NCBI RefSeq assembly: GCF_000143415.4
Contig: NW_003314463.1
Location: forward strand, 33,392 to 71,197
Length of the DNA stretch: 37,806 nucleotides
From: Selaginella moellendorffii
Taxonomy: Eukaryota; Plantae; Lycopodiophyta
Direction: 5' to 3'
Below, piece after piece: positions 1 through 9,929 of the stretch. The notes under the pieces are model-generated. The model searched no databases and was not told the DNA's origin. It saw nothing but the letters and a program-made list of their open reading frames with translations. Position 1 is the first letter of the stretch, and every line of letters begins with the position of its first letter. The translations under genes and the position numbers were made by a program.

Positions 1-13
1 TCGCAGCCATGCA

Positions 14-370
14 TCAAGTCTCATCGAGACAAACCGGAGCCACTTGGAAAACGTGCATACCTTGTCTCCTCGTCGGAGAGTTATCGGTTCTTCCTCTTCC
101 CGTGGACGGATGAAGCCCTTGACCAACTCTAGTCCTCATTGAAGCGGTGCTTTCACCAGACCAAGAATCGCTACTGTCTTGATCACTGTTTGCCCCTTTT
201 TCCTGATCCCGGAACTCTTTTCCTCTCACAGCCGCCAAGATTAGGGTTAGGTCCCAGTCTTGTTGAGGCAAATTTTCTCTAAGTGTTTGCATGCATTCGA
301 ATGTGTTTTCGTTGATTTCTCTGAACGTTTTCTCTTGAAATTTCTGGCTTTCCACCATAGTGTGGAGCAC
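14..370 (-). other. Unknown ORF downstream of the integrase, possibly an extra 3' ORF of the Gypsy element
   Basis: 118-aa ORF on the same strand as pol, separated from the integrase by an N gap; no recognisable motif. Confidence 0.3.
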
Positions 371-569
371 TTGTGGTTGCTATGTAAATCTTCAAATTTG
401 TTCAAGTTTAACTACTTTGCAATTTCTTCATCATCTAAAGTTGCAAGNNNNNNNNNNNNNNNNNNNNNNNNNNNNNNNNNNNNNNNNNNNNNNNNNNNNN
501 NNNNNNNNNNNNNNNNNNNNNNNNNNNNNNNNNNNNNNNNNNNNNNNNNNNNNNNNNNNNNNNNNNNNN

Positions 570-3300
570 AATGTGCTTTGTTTTTCTTGACTTGTTTGCG
601 ATCGTGATAAGCTTTTCTTCTAGCTTGTATTGCTTCGATTGTCCATATTGCATTTAGTCTTTCTTCATCGAGTTTCTCAAGCATTGCGAGTCTTTTCTTG
701 ATCGATTCTTCTTGATTAATTTCAAGTTCAATAGCCATTCTCAAGGATGGTACTGTGTACTCTAGTGGTGTTAACGCTTCAAGGCCATAAGCAAGCTTGA
801 AAGGTGTAGAATTTGTTGAAACTTTGTAGGCTGTTCTATAAGCCCAAAGAGCATCGTAAATCCTTTCATCCCAATCCTTAAGGTTTGTCTTGACAATTTT
901 CTTGAGTATGTTTTTAAGCGTTTTGTTTGTTGATTCTGCTTGTCCATTACCCTGGGGGTAATATGGTGTTGACTTCTTATGGTTGATGATAAATTCTTTA
1001 ACGAGAATGTCGATGGTCTCATTCAGAAAATGTGTTCCTCGATTTGTAACAATTTCTCGCGGTAATCCATATCGTGTTATAATTGTTTCATAGAGAAACT
1101 TGGCCGTATTTTTCGCTGTGGCTTTCTTTAGTGGAAGAGCTTCTGCCCATTTTGTCATATAGTCGGTAGCGACCAAAATGTATTGATTTCCTTTGCTACT
1201 TTTTGCCATAGGTCCAACAAAATCAAGTCCTCAACGCTGGAAGGGTTCCAATGCTGTTGTCGGATTGAGTTCTTGAGTTTGTTTCCTCGGTGGAAACTTC
1301 GTTCTTTGACATATGCCACATTCTTGACAATGCTGAGTGGCATCTTTCCAGAGTGTCGGCCACCATAATCCAGCTTGTAACACTTTCCTGGCCGTAATTT
1401 CTTCGGCAAAATGACCTCCCGATCGTCCTGCATGAGCTTCATTGAGTAGATCCTTAATCTCTTCTTGTGATTCTATGCATCTTCTCAAGATGTTGTCATG
1501 TCCAAGCTTATATAGTTTGCCTCCCACGACTGAATAGCGTCGTGTCCTCAAGACGAATTGTTTTCTTTGATCATTTGTGAAGTAGTGATTTGGAATCTTG
1601 GTTGTCGTCAAGAATTTATAAGTATCCTGGAGCATGCCTTGAGTTGTGACCTTAAAAAGGTGTGAATCAGGTAAGTCATCGTTAATTTTCGTGACTTGTT
1701 CCCCTGTGGTAAGTCGACTAAGATGATCAGCCTGTGTATGGTGTTTGCCTGGCTTGTGAATAATCTCAAAGTTGAATTCTTGAAGTAGAAGAAACCATCT
1801 CGCGATTCTTCCAGTGAGTATTGTCTTGTTGAGTAAGTGTTAGAGCGCTTGGTGATCAACCATGATCTTGACTTTGTTTGAAAGGAGGTAATGTCAAAAT
1901 TTGGTAAGTGCATAGACCATTCCTAAGGCCTCTTTTTCTGTGGTTGTATAGTTCATCTCTGGTGGGGAGAGTTTGCGGCTTGCGTAGTATATGGGATGGT
2001 CTCTATTATCAGTTTTTCTCTGGCAAAGTATAGCTCCAAGTGCATAATCAGATGCATCTACTTGTACAATGAATTCCTGTGTCCAGTCCAGTTGAACCAG
2101 TATGGGGGCTTTTGTAAGCTTATCCTTAAGTGTGTCAAAGGCCAGTTGGCAATCTTGTGTCCATGCATAAACTTGAGATTTCTTAAGAAGCTCCGTGAGC
2201 GGTGTAGCAATCTTGGCATAGTCTTGAATAAAACGTCTATGGTAACCCATTTTTCCGAGAAATCTTCGCAAACTCGTTATATCCATGGGTGGAGTCATTT
2301 TGACGATGACCTCTATTTTTGCTTTGTCAATGAGAATTCCGTCTTTACAAACGACATGGCCAAGAAGTATTCCTGATTTGACAAAGAAAATACACTTTTC
2401 TGGATTAAGTGCAACTCGGTTTTGTCGACATTTAATGAAACACTTTTCTAAGTGTTCAAGGTGTTTTTCTTTTGCTCCAAAAACGCTGAAGTCATCCATG
2501 AAGACGTGCATAAAATCATTCAAGTATTCCTGAAATGTGTCGGTAATTATCCTTTGAAAAGTAAATGGTGCATTCGTTAATCCGAATGGCATTCTGGAGT
2601 ATGCATATGCGCCCCATGGACTGATGAAGGCAGTCTTGTATTGATCTTCTGGTGCGATGTGAACTTGATTATATCCCGAAAATCCGTCGAGGAATGAGTA
2701 CATCTCATGTCCTGCAACTGCGTCGAGTATCTCATCTGAGAATGGTATGGGAAATGAGTCTTTTTCCGTCACATCGTTCAACTTTTTGTAATTGACACAA
2801 ACTCGCAATTTACCGTTCTTTTTCGGAACGATAACCAATGGTGATAACCATTGTGCATTCTTGATGGGGTAAATGAATCCAGCATCTTGTAGTTTATTGA
2901 GTTCTGTTTTGACTTTATCGGCGAAGTTCGGGTTCATGCGATAAGCTGTTTGCTTAATTGGTCGAGTTCCTGGTAGTAACTCTATGCGATGTGTACATAG
3001 TTCCGGGGGTATTCCCTTGAGATCTTTGTATGACCATGCGAAAACGTCCTTGTAGGTTATGAGTAATTGTTGAGCTTTGATCTTGAAGTTTTTGTCAAGA
3101 TTTGCAGCAATGATTATGTGGTGTGGATCTTCTTGAAGTCCGAGATTGAGTTCTTCAGTTTCTTCATTGAGGTTAATTCGGGGTGTAAAGTCGTCATTTC
3201 CAGATTGTAGGGCTGGATTATCATCAATCTGAATGTTGTATTCTTTAGAGTGTAATTGTTCAGGCTTGAGAGTTGGCTTCTCGTTTTGTTGCAAGTGTCG
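570..3300 (-). pseudogene. pol: Ty3/Gypsy pol (RT - RNase H - integrase), non-chromoviral and Athila-like, with in-frame stops
   Basis: ORFs 1894..3384, 1231..1635 and 412..1209 share one frame, split by single stops (~1894, ~1840, ~1231). RT: SFLDGFSGYNQV, MPFGLTNAP, FMDDFSVFG. RNase H: VDASDYALGA, YTTTEKEAL, ADHLSRL. Integrase: H..H..C..C zinc finger, TDYMTKWAEA, YYPQGNGQAE. No extra aRH domain between RH and INT. Confidence 0.95.
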
Positions 3301-3760
3301 CATCGCCATTTTGGATAGCATTGCTTGTACGGTTTTGCACAATTTCTGAAACCACACAAAAGGCAGTCTTCGTATCTTGTACAACTTGTGTCTCCAAATG
3401 GGCAGTCGTGCTTTTTCATTCTTCCTCCATCTCCAGCCGCTAGAATTTCCCCTTAGTCGTTTCCTTATCGCAGATCCTTGGAATATTCGCTTTCTTCAAC
3501 CTCTCGCCAAAAACAGTTACGTGTATGCTCCAAGTTTTCCACGACTTGGGTGGCTTCAATCTTCAAGTGTTCTTCATCTTTTGGTCTTACGCTCCATTTT
3601 TTTCTTCATTCCTTCATGCTCTTCCACCGTTTTTGTTTTACGGTCTTGTTTTTCTTGATTTTTGGGGCTTTTTCTTCCTATGCCATTTTCTTGTGCGTCT
3701 TTGGTCCGTTTTCCTTGAAGTTTTGGGGAAAATGAGCGTCTTGGTCTGCTCTATTCCATG
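3270..3760 (-). pseudogene. Degenerate Lys/Arg-rich then Cys-rich reading frame between the PBS and RT
   Basis: Frame of ORF 3114..3419 extended upstream through several C>T-type stops; contains HDCPFGDTSCTRYEDCLLCGFRNC...QC...WRCDTC; different frame from pol. Confidence 0.45.
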
Positions 3761-3779
3761 AGCTCTTCACATCACCGTA

Positions 3780-3796
3780 TCCCACCGTGGTCGCCA
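3780..3796 (-). promoter_or_regulatory. Primer binding site complementary to the tRNA-Arg 3' end
   Basis: Minus strand reads LTR...TCA-C-TGGCGACCACGGTGGGA; the + strand TCCCACCGTGGTCGCCA resembles the plant tRNA-Arg(UCG) acceptor end plus CCA. Confidence 0.85.
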
Positions 3797-3797
3797 G

Positions 3798-4170
3798 TGA
3801 AAACTCCTGGAATCTCTGGACTGGGAGGAAACGTCCACACGAGATCTTCCTAGGAGTTTCAAATCTAATCTAGTCCCTAAAACTAAAACTACACTACGAG
3901 ATGAGTGCACTTACCTGCTTGTGCCAAACCAAATAGAGACTATGAACGTGCTTGTAGGTGCTAGTCCCACGCCTTTGATCCCTTGAAGGCGGTGGGTAAG
4001 TAAGACATTGCTGTGAAGGGCCGAAGAGATAGGCAGAAAGACGATGTATTGCAATGTATTTTGTATTAGGGATAAGTCTAAAAACATTCTAAGTCCTACT
4101 TTTATAGTCACTACTGCTCACGTCAAGGATAGGAATACAGTCCTAACCTTGAACCTCTCAAGTTTACTTT
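3798..4170 (-). mobile_element. 5' LTR of the Gypsy element (outer end approximate or truncated)
   Basis: Ends in CA 1 nt before the PBS; TATA-like CTATAAAAG on the minus strand near 4100; U5 stem-loop at 3798-3861. Confidence 0.7.
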
Positions 4171-4177
4171 CCTAAGC

Positions 4178-4991
4178 TTGAATCCTCGAGCTTGTCTTTT
4201 TCTCCCTTCTCCAGATCCCATAACTGGGGAACTTATGATTCCTCAGGGTTCCCCACGGCCGATGCACCCGGATGGACTCAAAGACCAGGAAAGTATAGTG
4301 GCCGGGATTAGACAGCATATTGCCTTCTGGAAGAGGGGGTTGGTGTTTGGTGGAGAATCCTATTTTCAGAGGTGCAAGCCTTTGCTCGAATACTGGGAGA
4401 AGATTATATCTACTATCCAAAATGGGCCGGTTGTATATGAAGAATTGGAAGAGTCCTTTTGGCCAGAACCCAGAGCACCAGATAGTAGCGGAACAATGTC
4501 CTCTGGAAATGCAGTGACAGATAACGATGTTGAGGATCACTATTGTGGGCCGAGGAACAAGAAGCCGGATTCAGCATTCAATCTAGTACAGGTCTGCAAA
4601 GGAATGGTCGTGCTTGTCAGACCCAGTAATAAAAAACAAATGATATGGGTGGGGCACTGCATCACTGATGCAGAGGAGGACGCGGAAACTAACTCCTTCA
4701 ATGTAACTGTGGAGTGGTTCAAGCCAAGTTCCGGATATACGAAGGATTGCCTAGAAAAGAGATAGGTGCTGAATCCAAGGGATCCCAGCATGAGCATATC
4801 GGTGGATAATGTTGTGCATGGTTGGATGCGGAAGCAGAGTGCCACCATCACCTTGCCAGACCATGCAAAAGATGCAGCAAGAGCATTCATAACCCGGGTT
4901 CAAGGTGAGATTCATTAATATTCCTTTACTAAGTTTCTAATGTATTTTATTTCAAGATGAACAATCCGAATCTGAATCAGAGGAGGCGTGA
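4178..4991 (+). pseudogene. C-terminal part of an uncharacterised, probably transposon-borne protein
   Basis: 195-aa ORF (..EYWEKI..SFWPEP..HYCGPRNK..MVVLVRP..IWVG..VTVEWFKP); frame continues past the TAG at 4763 (VLNPRDPS..HGWMRKQ..RVQ); 52-bp GT-AG intron 4905-4956; last exon DEQSESESEEA*. Confidence 0.55.
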
Positions 4992-5614
4992 TGGCATGTG
5001 GCCTTACGCCATTCCTAGGTGAGATGATACAAATAACAAGTATAAATTCTTAGTTGTTCTAGCAAATCTTACTTAAAGTTTAAGGTGAACAAGCCGAATA
5101 TGAATTCATCGGATTGTTATAAAAAATTGCGAGGTGATGGCATGAGGCGATACGCCATTTGAGAGTGGTAGCCATTCCTATATGAGGTGAGTGAAATATT
5201 TATTGGAAATACCTCATTCAATTGTGCACTTCTAAGTCTTGGTCCACTCAGTACTGTTTGCATGTTTTTATTTTAATTCTTTCTCTAAAATGTTATTTAG
5301 CATGTGGCTTCATGCCATTGCTCTTCACAATCATGCATTGAATTTTTCTATCCTTGCATAATACTTCTCCATATATATAGCATGTGCGCACATGTGATAT
5401 GGTTCATTAGGCCTGATATAGTGTGTGAGGTAAAACAAAGATGATGTGACATATGCATTTACCAATCACACGTGCATCAATCTAATAATATGGCGTGTGG
5501 CCCATATTAATGGCACATAAACCCATATTGTGGGCTTACGTGCTTTATGTACCATCATTCCCTTGCAGCGTGTGTGTTGGTTTCCTTTTATAACACAACG
5601 AACTCCATATTTTA

Positions 5615-5889
5615 GGGTGAAGAGCGTTCTCATGGCAAGCACAAAATCTTTAAGTGAGGCAGAAAAGGAGACGGAGAAGGAGATAGGTGAAGATGTAGAA
5701 TACATAAGTCTTCCAAACTCCCCATACTATACTCCAGGTGATCATTTTTCTGAACAAACGGCAACATTAACAACTATCGAGAACGCCCCAGTAACGTCAA
5801 AGACAACAATCCAAAGCAAAACAACTGACCCGGAGAAGGATGATAGTACCGCTAAGAGTACCAAAAAGGAGGTGTCCACTAGTGCTTAG
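5615..5889 (+). other. Small acidic, Thr-rich ORF or terminal exon inside element A
   Basis: Follows a TTTTAG acceptor-like site; ASTKSLSEAEKETEKEIGEDVEY..; the stop is followed by a palindrome half-site. Confidence 0.3.
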
Positions 5890-7721
5890 GCTTATAATGT
5901 GCCCTCATGCCATTTACTTGATCACCAAATACCTTTTTCCCTTTGCACTAGTATATCTTAATACCGGTCTGAGAAATAGAATGGCATGTGCCCTCAGGCC
6001 TTTTACTAAATCACCTTTGAAAGAAATGCAAGCCTCTATGTCGTAAAAAAAAGGTACTAGAGAAATTCCTTAATAAAATGAATGTTATTTAGTTTCATGA
6101 AAATACACTAAGGGTCAAATGAGTTAAATGACTTCTCCAGACTAGCAATGCCTCTTGCTACACCTTCACAATTAGATTCGTTAGAAAAAGATAACATTGA
6201 ATAATATCTAAATGTTCTCACCATTAAGTTATATGTCTGGCTAATAGGAATGACGTTCATCTTGGAAAGCTCACCACACGCTCAATGAACAAACAAATAG
6301 TGTGTGCGCGCATGCCATCGCTCTTCTTTAGCTTCAGATTCGGCTTGTTCACCTTGATAATGAGATTTATTATACAACCAGATGGACTCAGTCTGGACAT
6401 AAAGTCACCACGCTAGTCACCATGCCCCAGATATGTCTAGCCTCTGGACAAAAAACATATAATTTCACGTCATTTTCAAATACTTGAAAATTTGTACCTA
6501 GTCCCATTTTACTGAATAAATCCCACTTTAACGAAATAGAGCATTATGTCATTGCGATGGCATAGTGTGTCCAAGGAAAATAGTCTCTAAAGAGACCCAT
6601 GGGAGGGTCACAAAGTTGGGCCGTGGATAAAGCCCACAGCAAAAGATGCTAAAGAGACTTACTAGGGGTGAACACCCTAGTCTTGGCAAAGCAGAGCCTT
6701 TGCTATGGAATCAAAAGAATACCTCAAGGAGGGAGGTAGAGATTCGGTGTTGCTTGGTGCAACAATCAACGGATAAGAGCAAAAGATGAGTGGCCAAGGT
6801 AGGGCCGTGGAATCCCTTGGAAGGAATCCAAGTGGCAAAGTTAGGCGAGGAACACTAATGTGTTGGATGCTAACAAATTGCGGGAAAGGAAATGTTTTTC
6901 CAAGGATGGATTTTGAATTGCTTCAATTTGGCGAAAGGGGAAGCTCCAAGGGAGGGAGCGGTAAAGTAGCTAAATGATAGGGCCATGAACAGCCCTAGCA
7001 CAAAGTATGGTAACTGGAACTTAGTGCCCCAGAGTGGCACGAAATAGAAGAGAGGATGATGGTGCCCTCGAGTAGAGAACTTCCTAGGATGGAAAGTGGA
7101 GTTGCACAAAAGGTGCAAGGCAAGGTGTTGGAGACACCTAGGAAATTGACTCCAAGAAGTCAAAATTCAAAGTTCCAAAGTGCAAAGGTTATATCGATGG
7201 GAACTGAGACCACTCGAGAATGAGTAATGGGAATTGAGTTAGAAAAGATGTCTCTAACAGGTTTAGTGAGAATTGAACCAATAAAAGGGAGCAAACCACC
7301 CCAGGTGGTCAAATAAGTCTCTATATTGGAAAGACTATGCTCCTTAGAGGATGGGCAAGGCAAAGTGAGCCTTTGGTGTCAAACCATTGACGAATATGGA
7401 GAAGGCATGGTGAGCCTTCAATGTCAAACTATTGACAAATATTGGCTAGGTGCCAAGGATGGAAATGGTAACACATGCGGGTGTTACTTTATAAAATAGT
7501 TTATCGTTCGATGAGGACATCGAACTTCGTCTATGGGTGGTGGAGTTGTGAGACACAAAATCCCTAGGCCCCAAAGTGGAGCCGGAAAGGGTGCCACGTG
7601 GTAGTGGCCGAAGTGAAAGCCAAACAAGCATAACACGTTTGGACTAAAAGCTCCGACTTGGAAGGTCGAGAGCGGGAGTGGAACTCCCAACAAAGAGCTC
7701 GAGGAGCAAGCACGAGGCGGA

Positions 7722-8190
7722 CCCGAGATGGAGTCCGAGGCGGACCCGAGTTGGAGTCCGAGATGGACCCGAAGTGGAGTCTGATATGGAGTCCGATATG
7801 GAGTCCGAAGTGGAGTCTGAGATGGAGTCCGATATGGAGTCCGAAGTGGAGTCCGAGATGGAGTCCGAAGTGGAGTCTGAAGTGGAGTCCGAGATGGAGT
7901 TCAAGATGGAGTCCGAGATGGACCCGAAGTGGAGTCCGATATGGAGTCCGAGATGGAGTTTGAGATGGACCTGAAGTGGAGTCCAATATGGAGTCCGAGA
8001 TGGAGTCCGAGATGGAGTCCGAGATGGACCTAAAGTGGAGTCCGATATGGAGTCCGAAATGGAGTCCGAGACGGACCCGAGATGGAGTCCGAGATGGACC
8101 CGAGATGGAGTCCGAGATGGACCCGAGATGGAGTCCGAGATGGACCCGAGATGGAGTTCGAGATGGAGTCCGAGATGGAACCGAGACCGG

Positions 8191-8221
<31 letters not shown>

Positions 8222-8280
8222 TCCGAGTCCGAATCCGGGACCGAGACCGAGTCCGAGTCCGAGTCTGAGTCCGAGTCCGA
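7722..8280 (+). repeat. Minisatellite inside the LTR: (GAGTCCGAGATG)n, then (GACCGA)n, then (GAGTCC)n
   Basis: Tandem units directly visible; they generate the spurious MESE, WSPR and RP ORFs. Confidence 0.95.
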
Positions 8281-8327
8281 ATACTAATACAGGCAGTTGG
8301 GTGAAAGCCCAAAGCAATCGTCCCCCA

Positions 8328-8346
8328 GGGGGGGGGGGGGGGGGGG
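8328..8346 (+). repeat. Poly-G tract (19 G)
   Basis: Direct reading. Confidence 0.9.
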
Positions 8347-9929
8347 TTCCAAAAGTATAGTAGGGAGAGTGTGGGGGTTGGAGCCCAGTGGAGCCAGTTT
8401 GGCCAGGAAAGGCCAGTTTGGCCCAGGAAGGCCAGACCCAGTGTTGGGTGATGAGCTGACCACTGGGAAGTCCAAGACTAGAGTGAACACGGACCGACAA
8501 GCGGGGTAGCTTGGTGAAGTGTTCAAGAGCCGGCTCTAGTTCCCCCGGGAGATCGACTGGCTGATGCTCCCAGTCCAAGTGTGGGTGGCACTACCTACTT
8601 GGATACCAGGCGTGGCTCAACGGAACCTCGCTCTAAGCTCATGACTAGAGCACCCAAGGGCAGAAGGCGGGGAGAGTACCCAGGTGGCTCGCGTAAGGCC
8701 ACGGTGTTCCGAAATGTTGTCCCAAAGGCCAAGACTGTGGAAAGGAAGAGGAGCAGTCCTCTGGGGTAGTGACCAAGGACACAGTCGTGTGGTGAGGAAG
8801 TCCCAGAGGACCGTGGGACTTAGTGGTCGGGCCTGTGGGCCTCGATCCAGTGGCAGTGTTGGCAAACACGGCCAGGGGTAGAAAGGGACTTAGGGGAGAC
8901 TGACAGAGGGATACTGGGGAAGGCTATTCCCCTTGTCGGTGGGCATCCTAAGGATGCTAAAGAGTGGATCTGAGATGACCACTCATGGATGGTTTGCCTA
9001 GTCTTGGAGAGCCAAGACTGTGATACAAGTGGTATTGGTCTACCAGTGTGGCAAAGGTGATTGGGCATTGCCTTAGCGTAACAGGCTGCCGTGTCGGTGG
9101 TACTTTTGAGTGTCGGACATGGGATCGGACACGTGGAGCACTTGGACCAAGTGCAAATGTTGAGTGGCATGGATGCCATTCTCGGGGCTAGCAAGTCCCA
9201 AGCCCTGAAATGGACTTATGGAGGTTGTGATTGAGACTCCTCCAAGTGGTCGGAGGTGTGGTTAAGTGACTAAAGTAGAATGGAAAATTTAGTCGCTTAC
9301 AGTTTACTTCTTCTTTTAAACAAAGAAACTCCATTATATCACTCACCACTATAGTGTTCAGAAAATGCTAATAATATCACTAATAATCACTATTTTACAA
9401 TACAATGATAATAATAAAAATAGACATTTTATATATATATATATATATTCTCTAAACAAAAAATTCTTGAGGATATCTTAGAATATCATTATTTTTAATA
9501 TCTTTATAAATAAGAATAATGTTATAAATCATTTTTAGTCTTCAATATTAGCATTTTCTACAAAATCCATGTTATATGTATGTATGTTATATGTTCTTTC
9601 TATATTTCATTCTATAGTATTATAATCTATTTATTTTACATTAATCTTATATTTTAGGTCAAGTTCAAAAAGAATTTTTTTAAAACATTCTAAGTCTACT
9701 TACAATATCAATATATTCCCACCTTTATAAAATATATGCATAAAAATAAAATTCACAAAAGACTTCCAGAGTTGTTGGATTTGGGACTTCTGGACAAGGG
9801 AAATGGTGATTTACCAAGACTTGATATATGGGAATATCCCTATACCCATGATCTTCAAGACAGTGCTCCACACAAAGGAAGCCTTTAGTTCAAACTATGG
9901 ATTTTGATAAAGTATGGTACCTACAAAAA

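Larger units (their letters stand above)
4178..6541 (+). mobile_element. Right-hand portion of a putative DNA transposon, copy A
   Basis: Repeated ATGGCATG...CATGCCAT palindromes; ends in TCCCACTTTAACGAAATAGAG (6521-6541), identical to 21018-21038. Confidence 0.55.
6547..9301 (+). mobile_element. Large (~2.75 kb) LTR, copy 1
   Basis: TGTCA...GTCGCTTACA termini; colinear with 14151-16899; orientation taken from the related copy at 12823, whose GCTTACA end abuts a Met PBS. Confidence 0.85.

Noticed and set aside
3780-3796. tRNA gene
   Set aside because: Only the 17-nt acceptor end with CCA next to an LTR, so it is a PBS
6521-6541. Helitron 3' end
   Set aside because: Ends in ATAGAG, not CTRR, and lacks the GC-rich hairpin at the right spacing
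7722-8280. CRISPR-like or telomeric array
   Set aside because: No unique spacers, no cas genes, eukaryotic context, and not TTTAGGG
7564-8578. Long overlapping ORFs (MESE, WSPR, RP/SP, LGL repeats), also at 14948-16088
   Set aside because: By-products of a stop-poor minisatellite inside LTRs
9309-9330. + strand Helitron 5' end (TCTTCTTTTAAACAAAGA)
   Set aside because: Weak similarity to the other 5' motifs and not preceded by A
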